From: Phoronis australis
Taxonomy: Eukaryota > Animalia > Phoronida
DNA length: 64,000 nucleotides
NCBI GenBank assembly: GCA_002633005.1
Contig: NMRA01000005.1
Location: 89,842-153,841, forward strand
Direction: 5' to 3'
Positions within the stretch are counted from its first letter, which is position 1; every line of letters begins with the position of its first letter. Shown here in pieces: positions 1-12,868 of this stretch. Position numbers and translations under genes: made by a program. The notes under the pieces are model-generated. The model was given only the letters and a program-made list of their open reading frames with translations. It was not told the origin of the DNA and did no database searches.

Positions 1-877
1 GAAATAGCTGACATAGGTGACATTTTCCAGTTTTTTGATAGATTCGAAATATTTTGCACCATCTAGTGGCCATTTTTCTGATACAGATAAACACCCTAGA
101 AGCACACCATTTGCAGTGCATTTGTGGGCGCATTTCAACACTTCGCTTTTCTCTTGTTGTAACAAAGAAAAGTATGTCGTTGCTTGTGACACACGCATGT
201 GCCATTTCGCACTGAAATTTTGAGATATCTCTCGGGAGATGATGGCAGCTTTGCTGCAAGTTGGGTTTGTTGGTATTGAAATACTAAAATCTTGTAACGA
301 AATGATACCAGTTCCGATTGTTATGACTTGTATGCAACCTCATGCAAGTCCAAAGTGATTGAAGAATTGGGGAAATAATTCATGGTGCAATATTTCATGG
401 CGCTGAAAGCCGACCCAAAAGGGCACACCACAATTTTTGCAGCAACGTAATAGTAGGACGCTAATTTATCCAACATCGGTAAATAATTTACTTTATTCAA
501 GGAAGAGTTTAGTAGTTTTTTATGACATCACCAATTTTGGCTGCGAAAGGCTCGAAGAAGTATATAAGCAACAGAAGGCAGAAGGAATAACATTAAGCCG
601 ACGGACTGACGTCACCCAGGCCGTTAAGCTGACAGACTGACATCGGTACAAAACTGACCACCCTCCCTCCACGTTGGCGAATAAACAGCCTGTGAGAAAA
701 AAAAATAGAACACTTCGAATCTAAATAGAGGTCCGGTGCACTACCTCGGGCAAAGACAGGGCTGAAACGGGTGCAACAAAGGTCTGTAGTGGAGCGGGGG
801 AGATGCAGTTCATGTGAACTGTGCACTTTTAATGAAATTCAATGTTTTTTGTTTTAAATCTTGAGTGTTGATTGCAG

Positions 878-1015
878 GCAATGCAACATCAGGTTTCACG
901 TATTGCAACTGAGATTGAAGCTGCCCGCCTTCTGGTGTACAATTCAGCACGCCTTAAGGAGGCTGGCTTGCCATTTGTGAAGGAGGCTTCTATGGCTAAG
1001 TTGTTTACATCAGAG
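878..1015 (+). CDS. ACADSB: Short/branched-chain acyl-CoA dehydrogenase, third-from-last coding exon (gene starts upstream of window)
   Basis: ttgcAG acceptor and GTAGGT donor; 138 nt encodes [46 protein letters not shown], closely matching the acyl-CoA dehydrogenase C-terminal domain of the ACADSB type. Confidence 0.95.
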
Positions 1016-1567
1016 GTAGGTAGTGATGTTTGATTGGAATGAGGACTGTTCTTTCTGGCCATGGTACAGAAATCATGTGCCTATTGTGGAAGGGCAAGCT
1101 TGTATAACTAGAGTGTTTTTTCACTTTTCTTCTTTATGCTGGCTTGTACATTTTACTTTATGTTATAGTGATCACTGCTTCAGTGGGTGACAATATTTCA
1201 ACTTTATAGTCTGTAATATTAAGTAAAAATAAAATATATAAAATATTTATCAAAACATTCAACACTCACCACTGTGTAAACCAGTGATCCCAAGCTGATA
1301 GTTGTATTACCAAAACAACACTCAATATATCTTTAAAAGTTGCCTTTAAGTTAATTTCTGTTTTATGGGTGGCAAAGGCACATGACCTTCTTAACCAAAT
1401 TTGAGCACTGCACTGTTAGTGGCTCTCTCTTCACTGGCACCACCTATTGTAAAGCAGAAGTATTGATTTAGCTAGGTGGCAGCAGGAATTATTCACAGCA
1501 TGTGAAGACCATCGTTGCTTTCGTCAAAATCTCCTGAAGTGACTGTGTTCTCTATTTTCCACAACAG

Positions 1568-1667
1568 TTGGCTGGAAAGACGGCTGCTCACTGTATAGAC
1601 TGGATGGGTGGAAATGGCTTTGTCAAGTCTAACCTTGTAGAAAAGTTTTACAGAGATGCAAAAATAG
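1568..1667 (+). CDS. ACADSB: ACADSB penultimate coding exon
   Basis: caacAG acceptor and GTAAGC donor; 100 nt encodes LAGKTAAHCIDWMGGNGFVKSNLVEKFYRDAKI(G), with the WMGG...EK.YRDAKI signature; phases join with both neighbours. Confidence 0.95.
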
Positions 1668-2694
1668 GTAAGCTGGAAAATCTCTACTTTTTAAGATGAT
1701 TGACAGAAATGTCATTTTCTATTTTTCAAACGATTACTAGTTTGCTGCAAATGCTTGGTATTTCACTGTGTATAGGTTGAAGACAGCTGTTATGCAGGAA
1801 TATTACCAATAGTGAATGAATGTCCTACTGTCTACTGTATGCAGTCTTGGTCAGTCATGTTCACTCAATGGAAATGAATGCAGAAATAGTATGCTGGCCT
1901 TTTGCTGAGCCGTTTACTACATGTCACTCACTTTCTATTGTTCCATGGTAGCAAATAGTTGTTAAGGGAAAATTGAGTCCTCAAGATAAGTGGGGTTAGT
2001 ACTGTTACTAAAAGGTAACATAAAAATAACTCCTTTCCCCTTAAATGGTTTGTTTGTGACAGAAGGTCTCTCATCTTCATGTAAGCCAACTTAATATAAA
2101 GGTTTTTATCATAATTTAATTTTGAGATGTAGATCATTGGGTAGTGACCAAATAGCCAGTCATTTTGGTTTTATTTACAGAACCGTTGTTTGATCATTTG
2201 CATTTAATATTTTCAAGCTTTGAAATTGTCAAAAATGCAAAAATATCCAGACAGTTTCAGATGGATATCTGTAACAAAAACAGCTTTTAGAGTTTACACA
2301 ATGTGCCACCTGGTGGTGTGATTTCACAAAATGAGTATAGATGCACTGAGCCAGTACTAAAAATCAAGAAAGTGAATTCTGGTTGGTCTTTTAGTAAATT
2401 TCAGGATGCCAGAAATTTAACACTCACTGAAAGAATTGATTTCACATGAAGTAGTAATGCAACAAGGCCATGCAAATTTATTTACAGTACAAAATCTACT
2501 TTTATTTGAAGGAGTAATCAGACTTGTGATTAAATGTTACAAAATTGAGCATGCACCGACTGAATAACCAGGTTCAAAATTAGGGCTTAGTCATCCATTT
2601 TCCTGGTATAATGATGGTTCACATTCCATTTTTCTAATGGCTTAGGAAGATAGACACTGTTTATTAAATAGTGGCGTTTTGTTTTCCATTTCAG

Positions 2695-2765
2695 GTACAA
2701 TATATGAGGGTACGTCTAATATTCAACTGAATACTATAGCTAAGTTGATTGAACTAGAATATTAG
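2695..2765 (+). CDS. ACADSB: ACADSB terminal coding exon
   Basis: tttcAG acceptor; encodes (G)TIYEGTSNIQLNTIAKLIELEY then TAG; includes the IYEG motif carrying the catalytic Glu in this subfamily. Confidence 0.95.
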
Positions 2766-2946
2766 AAAAAAAGAACACAAATGTGACGTTTTATGCTCCG
2801 TAAAGCAATTCAGGTTTGTTGTTAGTGTATTTATTCCTATCATGAATTATCTTACATTGTTGAATATTGAAATGGAAGGAAAGCATTGTGAATTATTTAT
2901 CTGTTTGGGTTAATTTCCAGGGCAATTATAAATTGTGAAACTTTAA

Positions 2947-4630
2947 AGGAGAATGCCACCCGATTTAATTAGTCTTTTTTGCCGTCTTAATCGGTCTATA
3001 TCTACATCGCCTCGCATACGGTCGACCTTACCGTGCCAAGAGGTGTCGCGTTAACCTGTGAGGAAGGTGAGAAACGACGCTAGCGACGTCAGTGGTTCTT
3101 ATGCAGAGTGAATGCCGCTATGTTGTGGTGCATAGTTCCCGCTTGTCCGAACTAAGCAGTTGCGAGGAAAGCGGGTATATCGTTTTTTTACTTCCTCGAA
3201 AGTCCGAAATGCTTAGGAAGTGGCCAGTGGTAGTGAAGAATGAAATGTACGCTGTAAATAGCAAGTATGAGGCCGTGAAACATCTCTGTGTCTGTGGCCT
3301 GCAGACGTCGACAGTGCCCGACGAATGCCGGCTTACCAAATAACTTCATACGTTCCATTGTCTGAGCTTGTGCATGGCGCCTCTCTAGTATTTCTTCATC
3401 ACTGTATTCCTGTTCGAATTGATAGCCTGTAAAACTTAACGATTCACCTGCGAAGTCGGGACTGATGAGTTCTAGCTCATCCTAAGTCGGGATTGCGAGT
3501 TGCCATGTTGGCGTTTATTACTGAGCGTTCTGTTTCAAAATGTATTATTCTCACCATAACCAATACTTATATAAAACTGAAACAACGTCTGTCTCATTAG
3601 ATGCAATTTGTAATGCCTTTGGAGTGTTCGTGAGTGCAAAGGATTTGAAAAGCCAACAATGAATAAATCACTGCGTTACCCGGCTTTAGGTGCAATAAAA
3701 CTAATTGATGGGACACCTAGGCCGTGCGAGTTCTGTAATTTGGTGTTTGCTGGCAGACTAAACTGTTGTGAAACAACTCGATTTCCATCCCACGGCCAGG
3801 TGTTAGGGGAATCTTTAGTTACATTTACATTACTCAAATAATGATTGTCAATGTACAATTTCTGCTCTGACGGTGCTGTGGCCAACCGCGGAACTGAATT
3901 CGCGGCCCCCGACGAGTAAATAGATTTGCAGTTTCGTGGCTAATTCACCAAAATAATCAGGTGCACATTACTTTGGCTTACTAGTATAGTATTTTCTTGG
4001 CTGGAAGTTTAGTTTCCACTGAACTTTGGCTGGTTTATGTTCGTGATGTCTGATCAGTTTCCTAGACACTGGCCGGGATAACGAGTCAATCCGGCCGGCC
4101 GCGACGGGCATGATCAGGCTCCAAGCCACTGGCCAAGCTAACATTAAAGCGCTTTGTGTTTAGAACTCAAAAAATCGCAAGTCTAAACAACACAGATCTA
4201 GGTTCTCCTGTCTGTAGCTCACGGAAAATACTTCGAAATTATCTCCGAACAGACCCCAAACTCCTGCTACGGACCTTATTGGCCTGCCGAACTTTGTAGG
4301 CTACGGTATGTCTAAATACAAATAAATCCGTAAGAGCGAATTAAAACAACACGTTTTTATAAGTACTCGGTGTATTTTTAAGGGTTTTACATCGAAGTTT
4401 GATGATTTATTGGTGTTAAACGATGACTTCAAGCGATAAGCTGACACCAGTAACCCGTGTTGTGAACTGCTGAACAGACTGCGTGTGAAACCGATGACGT
4501 CATTGGATAATTTCAACACCTCCGTCTGCCGTCAGGTGTCAGGTAACGCAACCGTACGTGTCGTTATGGAGTAGAACTAGTTGATCTAAATTGATACAAA
4601 GTAGGTTGTTTTTTTGGGTGGCATGCTCCT
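2947..4630. mobile_element. Non-autonomous Kolobok-type DNA transposon with degenerate THAP relic
   Basis: TTAA at 2943-2946 and 4631-4634; 15-bp TIRs AGGAGAATGCCACCC / GGGTGGCATGCTCCT (14/15 match). TTAA TSD with AGG..CCT ends fits Kolobok. Interrupted THAP-like coding at about 3112-3300. Confidence 0.8.
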
Positions 4631-7134
4631 TTAAGTCAAGTGTGCCGAAACTGTTTAAAATTGAAATTTAAACATTTTAAGTATAACTTTACCAAACTTG
4701 GGCAGCAACCGCAGCAGATATGGTAAATGATAAAATCTCCGTTGTATTTCTGCATACTTTTTTACCAGCTATGTATTTCCAGTAAAAACGATGGCACCAA
4801 ATAGTTTTTCAGCTGTTGATCATGAGAATCTGTCGATTGTGAATATCTGTGATGATTGACTGAGTTGTTGCTAATTGTTACCCCAAAAGTAAGTTGCGTA
4901 ATTAGGTAATTTGCAGTAAATTACGTTGACTAACTGTTGATATGCGTTGTCACATTTTTTTAGCAGTTTAATGGTTCTAAATAAAATTGTGTTCACTACC
5001 TTGGTACATGATTAGCATGGCGAGAAGGCTGGTCCAATTATCATAATTAGTCAAACAACATGTCATGGAAATTTACAACATTTTGTTAGTATGCTGAAAA
5101 AGTAGTGCAGCAAGGAACTGCTTTAAATGAAAAGTGTAAGAGTTGCGAATAAGGGAAGAAGAAAAAATGACACAGAGTTATGTGGCCACTTGGTACCTTT
5201 GATGCCCCATATTACTAGGTCATGTTATGCTTTTTTCAACTGAGATAACTGTGACCATATATCACAAAGATAATGGGCCTCCATGTTGATTTAACATTTA
5301 AATGTTTTATACTGGTATGTGTATGTGCTTAATGGCAAGGTTTCTGGTTTCATTTTTTTTGTCTATCAAGAAATAATTCTCAAGTTTTGATTTTGAATTA
5401 AGGCTTTCCTGGACTGTTACTGTTGATGGTGGAGGTCATACTGAGTGTATTTTTTGCATTGTAAACCGGCTTGAAATAGTTAATCTCAGTTTGGAGTTGC
5501 AGTGAAAAACACGCTGATTACAAATTGGATGTGATTTCACTAATAACTGGCATGTTCTTTGAAGTTGTGTCCATGCTCGATTAAGGCAATGTGGGACCCT
5601 ATAAAATGTCCAAATTTGGCAAACTGTGGAAAGTCATATATCTCAAAAATTGGTGTTCAGATTTATGTGAAACTTTCAGATGCCAAGGTGTCTCCTTTAT
5701 GGATCGTTCCCCAAAATGTTCCGGTATTAGTAATTATTTTTTAAAATATTAATAATGGCATTTTGGTCAAAACTCAAAAATCAAATTACATGCTTTTGAC
5801 TTTCAGAAAATGTTTACTTTTACGGAGATATCTTGTTTTGTAGGTATTTGGCTAAATATGCACATTTGTCAGTAAGATCCCACATAATGTTTTTAGGAGG
5901 ACTTTTATGGGCCATCACTTTGTTACTTACTTTTTCGGACATGGTCTAGTCATTGCTCAACTTATTATGTGAACTTGAGGCTGCATTGGATCCTGTTAAA
6001 ATGTATAAAAAATGGAAATCGAATCAAGTCTTTTTCTCTTACAAAGTCAGTCTCGTTGGGCTTGTTGTGTTTCTCAGGACATGTAAGCTGCAAAAAAGTA
6101 AAGAAGTGTGTCTTGGAAAATCAACTATACATTTGAAAATGGCGTCCATTCAAAATAGTGCGGTGGTGTAATAAAACAATGTCCATTTCTCCTAAGACCA
6201 TAACAGATCAGTTGTTGGTTTTGGCTCTTCCATTAAGATCTCGAAATATGTTTAGCTGGCTAAAAAGAAATACAAAACGAAAATTGAATTGGGCTATTTT
6301 CTCTCATAAAATCTCATATTATTCCTTATGGTGATAGCATATGTCTGTATTAGTATATACTGACAAGAACATCAAAGCTATAAACAGCTTCAGAGTTTAT
6401 TTCAGGGTAGCCAACCCTGAAATTGCAAGTTCAAAAATGGTGCCTGTGGTTTGTGTTAATAAATAAATAGGACCTCATCACAAGGAATATTATGAAACTG
6501 ATTTTAGGAGGGTAACAGTCTTTATTCAATTTTCGTTGTTAATCAATTAAACAAGGCAGAATATAGATTTTAAGTTTATGAATCTCATGCATATGGTTGC
6601 TTAGAATACGAATGTGTGGATTTGCATTCTGTGAGTATAAGATAAATAAAGTATTCTGTTATAACCTGTCGCTATGTTTTCGTCACGTTCTTTGAACACA
6701 TGAAATTGTGATGCAAGATAAAGTTTTGATAGAATTCTGGCAACGTCTTGGTAATTGGTGATATGATAATTCATATAGTGGTGTTAATTGGTAATATAGT
6801 AATTTATGTAGTGGTGTTGTTTATTGGAAGGGACATTATTGGTTTTGCGGCTGAAAAACGTATTTTCGGAGATATTGTTGAATGGGACAGACTTCTTGAA
6901 GTAATTAGCTTTGACAATAGCTACAAAGCAACAGAATCACTTGCATGTCTGTGATTTTGTTGCAAATTTTAAGCCTTGCCATTGCCAGTCATTTCTAGAA
7001 ATTGGGGCCAGTGCTATTACTATGTAATCTATTTTTAAACTTTTTTAAAAAGCGGCATAGAATGTGAGAAACAAATTAAATTTCACTATTCAAATTAATT
7101 CTCTGCCACTTGAAGTCGAATTGCTCACCAGATA

Positions 7135-8597
7135 TTTTTATGCGCCCACATATTTATATGTGGAGGCATTATGCTGTCATCTCTATCCGTCCGTCCGGCG
7201 TCCGCTGCTCTATCTCCAAAACGGATTGAGAGATGATCATGAAATTAGATACATGTGTTCCTTTCATGGATGGGATGTCATGAGCAAACTTTCGGACGGA
7301 TCCGACTACCGGTGTGCTCCCTAGTGGCAATTTTAATATTTTACGTTTACCTCTGTATCTTCAAAGGTCCTCCACATATTTTCACAAAAATTAGTATATA
7401 GGCATCTATTAGTGAGACGATGATATCCTTCCATTTTCGGATGGATTCGACATAGTTTGTGCTACCTAGTGGCCATTTTTACTGTTTTCAAGTATGTTTT
7501 TTAGCGTCCGTCCCTCTATCAACCAAATCGCTCTAAGCATGATTGTGAAAATTGGCATGCATGTTCTTGCTATGAAGAGGACGGTTGACGATGATTTTCC
7601 GACGATTTCGACTACTGTGGCACCTCCTAGTGCCAGTTTATTTTTTTTTTGCGCCTATGGTTATATCCTCCTAAACCGTTGGCAGAATCTTTACTAAATT
7701 TAGTAAGTGCATTGATATGATGATGACAACGGACGACAACAACTTTCGGACAGATCTGACGACTGGTGTGCCACGTAGTGGCAATTTTATTTTTTTACGT
7801 TTACCTCTGTATCTTCAAAGGTCCTCAACGTATACATATTTATAAAATTTGGTGTATAGGCTTCTGTTAGTGAGGTGATGCTATCTTTCCGTTTTCAGAT
7901 GGATTTGACCTAGTTTGCGCCACCTAGTGGCCATATTTATTGTTTTTTAGTCTGTTTTTTGGCACCCACCTCTCTATCAACCAAACGGCTTTCAGGATAA
8001 TTGTGAAAATTGGGATGTATGTTTTTACTATGAAGTGAACGGGTGACGATGATTTCTGATGACTTTGACTATTGTTGCGCCTCCTAGTGGCAGTTTCATT
8101 TTTGCGCCCATGGCTGTATCTCCTAAACCGTTTGCAGGATCTGCACTAAATTTAATAAGTGTGTTTATATGATGTTGACGATTTTCAGATGGATCTGAGT
8201 ACTTTTGTGCCCCCTGGTGGCAATTTTAGTTTTACGTTCACCTCTGTATTTTTAAAGGTCCTCAACGGATTTTCATAAAATTTTGAATGCGGGCATCTAC
8301 TGATGAGATGACGCTATCCTCCCGTTTTCGGATGGAGTCAAGGTATTTTGCACCACCTATTGGCCATTTTTGCTGTTTTCGAGTCTGTTTCTTGGGGTCT
8401 ACCCCTTTATCAACCAAATCATTCTAAGGATGGTTTTGAAAATTAGCCTATATCTTCTCATTGTGAAGAGGACGGTTGACGATGACAACTTTGACTACTG
8501 TGGTGCCTCCTAGTGGTAAGCGGGGGAGACACAGTTTGTGCAAACGATGGGTCGGGGATTATGTATTAGGCTGGTTATTGACATTTTGCAGCTAGTC
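7135..8597 (+). mobile_element. Helentron/HINE-like non-autonomous element with internal higher-order tandem repeat
   Basis: 5' TTTTTATGC plus small hairpin (CCACATA...TATGTGG), GGCATTATG and a short TCCG run; three ~440-450-bp units each made of ~150-bp subunits; ends GCTAGT. Boundaries approximate. Confidence 0.6.
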
Positions 8598-11252
8598 ATC
8601 TGCATCGGTCAAAAGACCAATGATATTTGACAGCAGTTCTCTCTGTGACATTGTCAGAAACAATTCTTGCTTCGCTTTTGACAGCAGAATTTACGCAAAG
8701 AAAAAGGCGGGAGCTCAAACGCATGCGCACATGCGACACATTGGTTTCGTTCATTAACAAAATAGGATTGAATTCAAGACAGGACAAAATACACGAAGTT
8801 ATTAGTTTCACCCATAGGCCGCTAGGATAGACGAAACAGAATCCGCTAAACAGCATTGAAATCAGATAACAAGATAGAATATACAAAACAGCATTGAGTT
8901 CACGATATGGAATCAACGAATGTAGATTGAATTGATGTAGTTACTAGCATTGAATACACAAGGTAGGATTGAATTTTCATACAGTTGGCGTTGAATTAAT
9001 CAAATGGAATTGAATACACATTTTGATGTTTTTTTGCATAAACGGCCGCCCATAGCTGTGCCAACAGTTGTAGGTTCTATTTGCTTGATCACTGAAGATG
9101 TTCCAGTAAGTATTACACTCTTGCTCAGTGGAGACAGGCTATTATGTAGGTTGTGTTTTGATACGAGGCAGTACCAGTGGCGGATTTAAGGGGGGGGGGG
9201 GTAAGGGGCCATGCCCAACCCCCTACGGAACAAAAGCTATTGTTTTTTTGTGGTTTTATTTCAAATTGTCAATTCTCAACGTTGTCTGCAAGACATTTGC
9301 TGAAACCAAGGCCCGTACGTGACTATCAGTTAAATACTATTGTAATACTATGTCGTTTGTCGAGTGGAATTTTGCTCCTTCAGGGGGCTTTCACTACCGT
9401 TTTAATTAGTGTGTGAACGGAGTAGCGTGTTCAGCCGTGCTCGTTATAAAATTGACGTGTGTTATTCTCCTCTCATTATCAAATACGAGACTGCTGAAGT
9501 TAATTAGCATGTATTGTTTGGCAGGTGACATGATGGACGTCAGGAATTGTCAAGGCGGACGTCAACGTCAAAAAATGCAATTCAAACAGCAAATTAGTGG
9601 CTGCCGTCTTTCCCATTTAAAAAGCTAGTGTGTTCCGTCGAAAAAACTAACTTTTGATTTAAACTAATACGACTATAAAATTGGTCTTAACTTGTTCCTT
9701 GCCTAGATGTAAACTGATTTTTGGTCTTGTAAAGAACTTGCAGTTTGTTATTGCTCAAGACCGTGCTCAGCGTGTCAAGTGAAATTGTAGAGCTTGGTAT
9801 CAGTTAAGAAACCAGATACCGGTATGTCAAATTCAAATTCATTCCTCAATGCGCTTCAGCAAAGAGCTACACTCGACGCCAATAAACGGTCACCGTAATA
9901 CTATAAAATTGCCAATCAGGGCGAACATAGGTAAGACCAATCAAAAAAGTAATCCGCGAAAAACGTTTACTCACGTAAGAAAACCTGTAACCAGAACAAT
10001 GCAATTAAAGCAGTTAAAACATAAACCTGGCACCGCACAATGAAGATATCCGCTTTCAAAAGAATTTCAGTCATTAAGTTAATTTTTGGGATTTTCAGTA
10101 ACCCATGAAAATTTAACATTATTGCCGGAGATGCCTTCGGTTAAGCTGTTGTGAAGGAAAAAAATTCGGTGACCCTCTCTTCAGCACAGTTGTGGTGGAG
10201 AAATTAAAACATAATATGGATATTTAAAAACCAACGATAAATTAAAACTAGGTAAGACCACCTACTAGAAATTTTTTTAAAAATCAACGATAAATTAAAA
10301 CTGTGTCGAGCCCCCTCAAGTTAATGCTTAACGTACATGTATTTGCTGTGCTCGTTGGGAATTTTGTGGCAATATATCAAAATGTTCTTTTTCAATTAAA
10401 AACAAATATTTTACCGCCTCGGTTACTTTCACATTTTGGATGGTTTATATTTTGCAGTTATTTAAAACATGTATTGATTCCGTGATACTCGTTTATAGTG
10501 GTGTTCCACCGAAAGAGGAACTCCGGTGTAAAACAGATATCCTTTAGTCAAAAACAAACTCCCGCACCTTCAAAAAAGCTAATCAACCCGAACAACCACG
10601 AACCTTTACCTTTAAAACAGGACCCGGAATTGGACAGGAATTTTCAAATTTTCTGAGGCCGTTGTCAGTAAACTCAAACTTCGAGTTAAAGCATCTTCAA
10701 GTACTTTCTCGTTGTTTTCTGCATTTGTTTGTTAAAAATTGTCAATAATAAAACCTAACTTGTATTATACTGACTTTGTTATTTGACTTTTAGCGGTAAA
10801 ACCCGTGCAATTTGTCTGCAGGCGAATTTCAACATAATGTATACTCTTAGCACGTTGTTATCTCTATGGATATTTAGTTTATTTTAGATTATTCAATAGT
10901 TTCTCCAAAAATATTTTCGAAAATGAAAAACAAAAAAATTATTTTTGACTTTCGAGTGCCATTGTTGATTAGTTTTCTTGTGACATGTACGGAATCTCGT
11001 GGAATGAGAACAGTTGATTGGATGTGGGGAAAAATGAAACTGGCCAATAGGTGACAAATTGTTCTAAACACCCTCGCATCCCAGACCCACGACCCCCTCG
11101 ACTGACAACCCACGACCCCCCACGACCCCCCTCGACTCACAGCCCACAACTCCTTCGACCCGGTCTACACAAGCGCGACTCGGTCTGAACAGAGAACAAG
11201 CGCTGACTTGCAGGACCAACGAGTCGGGCCGTTAGATCGGCTAGCTTTTCCC

Positions 11253-11940
11253 TGATTTTTGCAATTAATATGTGGGGTAATTGTGCATCATATCTTCAGA
11301 ATAGACTTCAAAAATTACAAAACAAGGCTGGGAGGCTGATACTCAACTATAGTGGCCTTTATAATGACTTTCCTATTTCTGGCCTTCTAGATAAACTTGG
11401 TTGGTGCAGCCTGGTTAGCAGGAGTGCCTTTCATTTAAACTTTATGGTATACACAGACACACATAGCCTCACACCTAATTACCTTACTACTAAATTCAAG
11501 GCAGTCAGAGATTCTCACATTTACAATACTAGATCGAGTGTTTCTGGCTGCCTAGTATCAGTTAAACCTAAAAACAACTGTGGCAAAAGGACTTTTGCCT
11601 ACAGAGGTGCTGTCGCTTACAACGGGCTGGGGATTGCCGTCGATAACACGCCAAATGTACACGTCTTCAAACAGAAGTACTGGGACTTTGTGCGTGGTTC
11701 GTTACTGTAGGCTTCAGTTTATCATTATTTTACTCTATTTTGTGTTATTTATTCTTCAAATTGTACATATTAACTAATTTCATACTAATTTAATTTATTT
11801 TATTTATTATCTTTTCAATCTAATTGTACATAGCTGTCTGTATTTTACTTCATGTAATTATTTCCGACTGGGCCCACTTGAAAATCAGTGTATTCACTGA
11901 AGTGGACAAGCAGTCTTTTAAAGAAGTTTAAATAAATAAA
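11253..11940 (+). mobile_element. 5'-truncated non-LTR retrotransposon (CR1/L2 group, Daphne/Crack-like), ORF2 C-terminus and 3' UTR
   Basis: ORF 11270-11710 WGNC..LQKLQNKAGRLIL..LGW..L..R..P.YL..H.YNTRS..GKRTFAYRGA..YN is typical post-RT sequence of this group; followed by T-rich UTR, stem-loop-like 11865-11915 and AATAAATAAA tail. Confidence 0.85.
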
Positions 11941-12041
11941 AGAGTCGATTCGGCAAGTTTGAAAGCCAAAAGCTGAAAAAATAACCCAACCAAATCAAAT
12001 CAAAGACCTACCAACGTCACAAACAATGAGACAAATATACA

Positions 12042-12868
12042 TAAATACACAAAACGTACCGAGAGTGGCGTACATGAAGTAATATCCCACGAGACGTTAA
12101 TACGTGGAATAAGGTCGAGTGTGATATTACTTCACGCCACTCTCGGTACGTTTTGTATTTATCCCATGCGCTTCGAATCCCTAAATTTCTTACGTTTTTT
12201 CGGCAGATTTTTCAAATACTTCACCAAGACTGTTCACAAGGCGGATCACATCCTATATGTATGTACTTGCGCGTTAGGTTGCAAGTTTTCTCTTGTAAAA
12301 GAAACAGTTTTAAAAGTAACAATTTATTTCTTGAAAAGAGGTAGCAAAGATGAAAACAACGGAAACTGTGCAGTGAACTTGTAACATCTCCTAGCAATAG
12401 TTAACAAACAACACTATTTGATATTTTAATTTCCTAGGAATCGGCGCCTGAGTTGCAGACGATATACTAGCATTGGTGCAAAGCTGTATATAGCTGTATA
12501 TAAATATACAGCTTTGCTGTATTTTGACGACAGTCTTCATGCAGCTAGCTAACTGGCTAACGATATACTAGTATTCAGCAATTGAAAACTGAGACAAGTG
12601 TTTTATAATTAACAGTTTTGTTCCAGGTTTTACATTTAGGGCCTGGTTGCATGTCGAGTGTTAGTAACACTGCTGCAACTATATTACTTAAAACTATATT
12701 GGCAAAGCTTGACTGATCGAATCGGCTAAAGACGTTGAGTCGACATTGACCTACCTTTTGAACTTTCCATGTCAAAGGTCGCTTTTGAAGTAGTGCGGGA
12801 GGTGAATACGCAAAACTTTATTACAAGGCCCTATTTCCCTCGACAGATTCAACGCGCATGGGATAAAG
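12042..12868. repeat. Two adjacent inverted-repeat pairs, unclassified non-autonomous element
   Basis: AAAACGTACCGAGAGTGGCGT..GAAGTAATATC inverted with GATATTACTTCACGCCACTCTCGGTACGTTTT (about 12051-12154); TTTATCCCATGCGC (12158) inverted with GCGCATGGGATAAA (ending about 12868). Confidence 0.6.

Noticed and set aside
5700-5880. Similarity to 34078-34180, and of 9650-9775 to 13750-13870
   Set aside because: Ordinary old interspersed repeats with no definable ends.
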